A stretch of 64,000 nucleotides of DNA from Porphyridium purpureum (taxonomy: Eukaryota): NCBI GenBank assembly GCA_008690995.1, contig VRMN01000001.1, forward strand, positions 310,001-374,000, written 5' to 3'. Shown piece by piece: positions 63,997 through 64,000 of the stretch. The translations under genes and the position numbers were made by a program. The notes beneath the pieces are model-generated. The model did not search any database, was not told where the DNA came from, and saw only the letters and a list, made by a program, of their open reading frames with translations. The stretch's first letter is position 1. The number at the start of each line of letters is the position of its first letter.

Positions 63997-64000
63997 GTTT

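Overview
Eukaryotic nuclear DNA: compact, nearly intron-free and GC-rich. Plastid transit peptides, a multi-CBM20 laforin and an animal/fungal-type glutamate-cysteine ligase suggest a unicellular red alga such as Porphyridium (inference). About 18 host genes flank a transposon island at roughly 11.9-34 kb, which starts just upstream of an Hsp101/ClpB promoter. The island holds a full-length Ty1/copia element with an intact chromodomain Ty3/gypsy element nested in its integrase, a gypsy LTR relic, four Tc1-like DD34E copies and a Crypton-type tyrosine-recombinase element. A second, intact copia with apparently identical LTRs lies at 49849-55534. Main finding: the two divergent copia elements share two unusual RNA-level features. 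(1) Neither has a tRNA primer-binding site; the 9 nt right after each 5' LTR are perfectly complementary to a 9-mer inside their own LTR, the geometry of Tf1-type self-priming known from Ty3/gypsy elements. (2) In both, gag and pol are in frame but split by a single UGA, followed by a 7-nt spacer and a co-varying stem-loop, a candidate programmed readthrough signal. The nested gypsy uses a classical -1 frameshift. The LTRs also carry the same clustered motifs (GTACAG and GGTTAA/TAACCG) as host divergent promoters. All calls are from reading the sequence by eye, without database searches.
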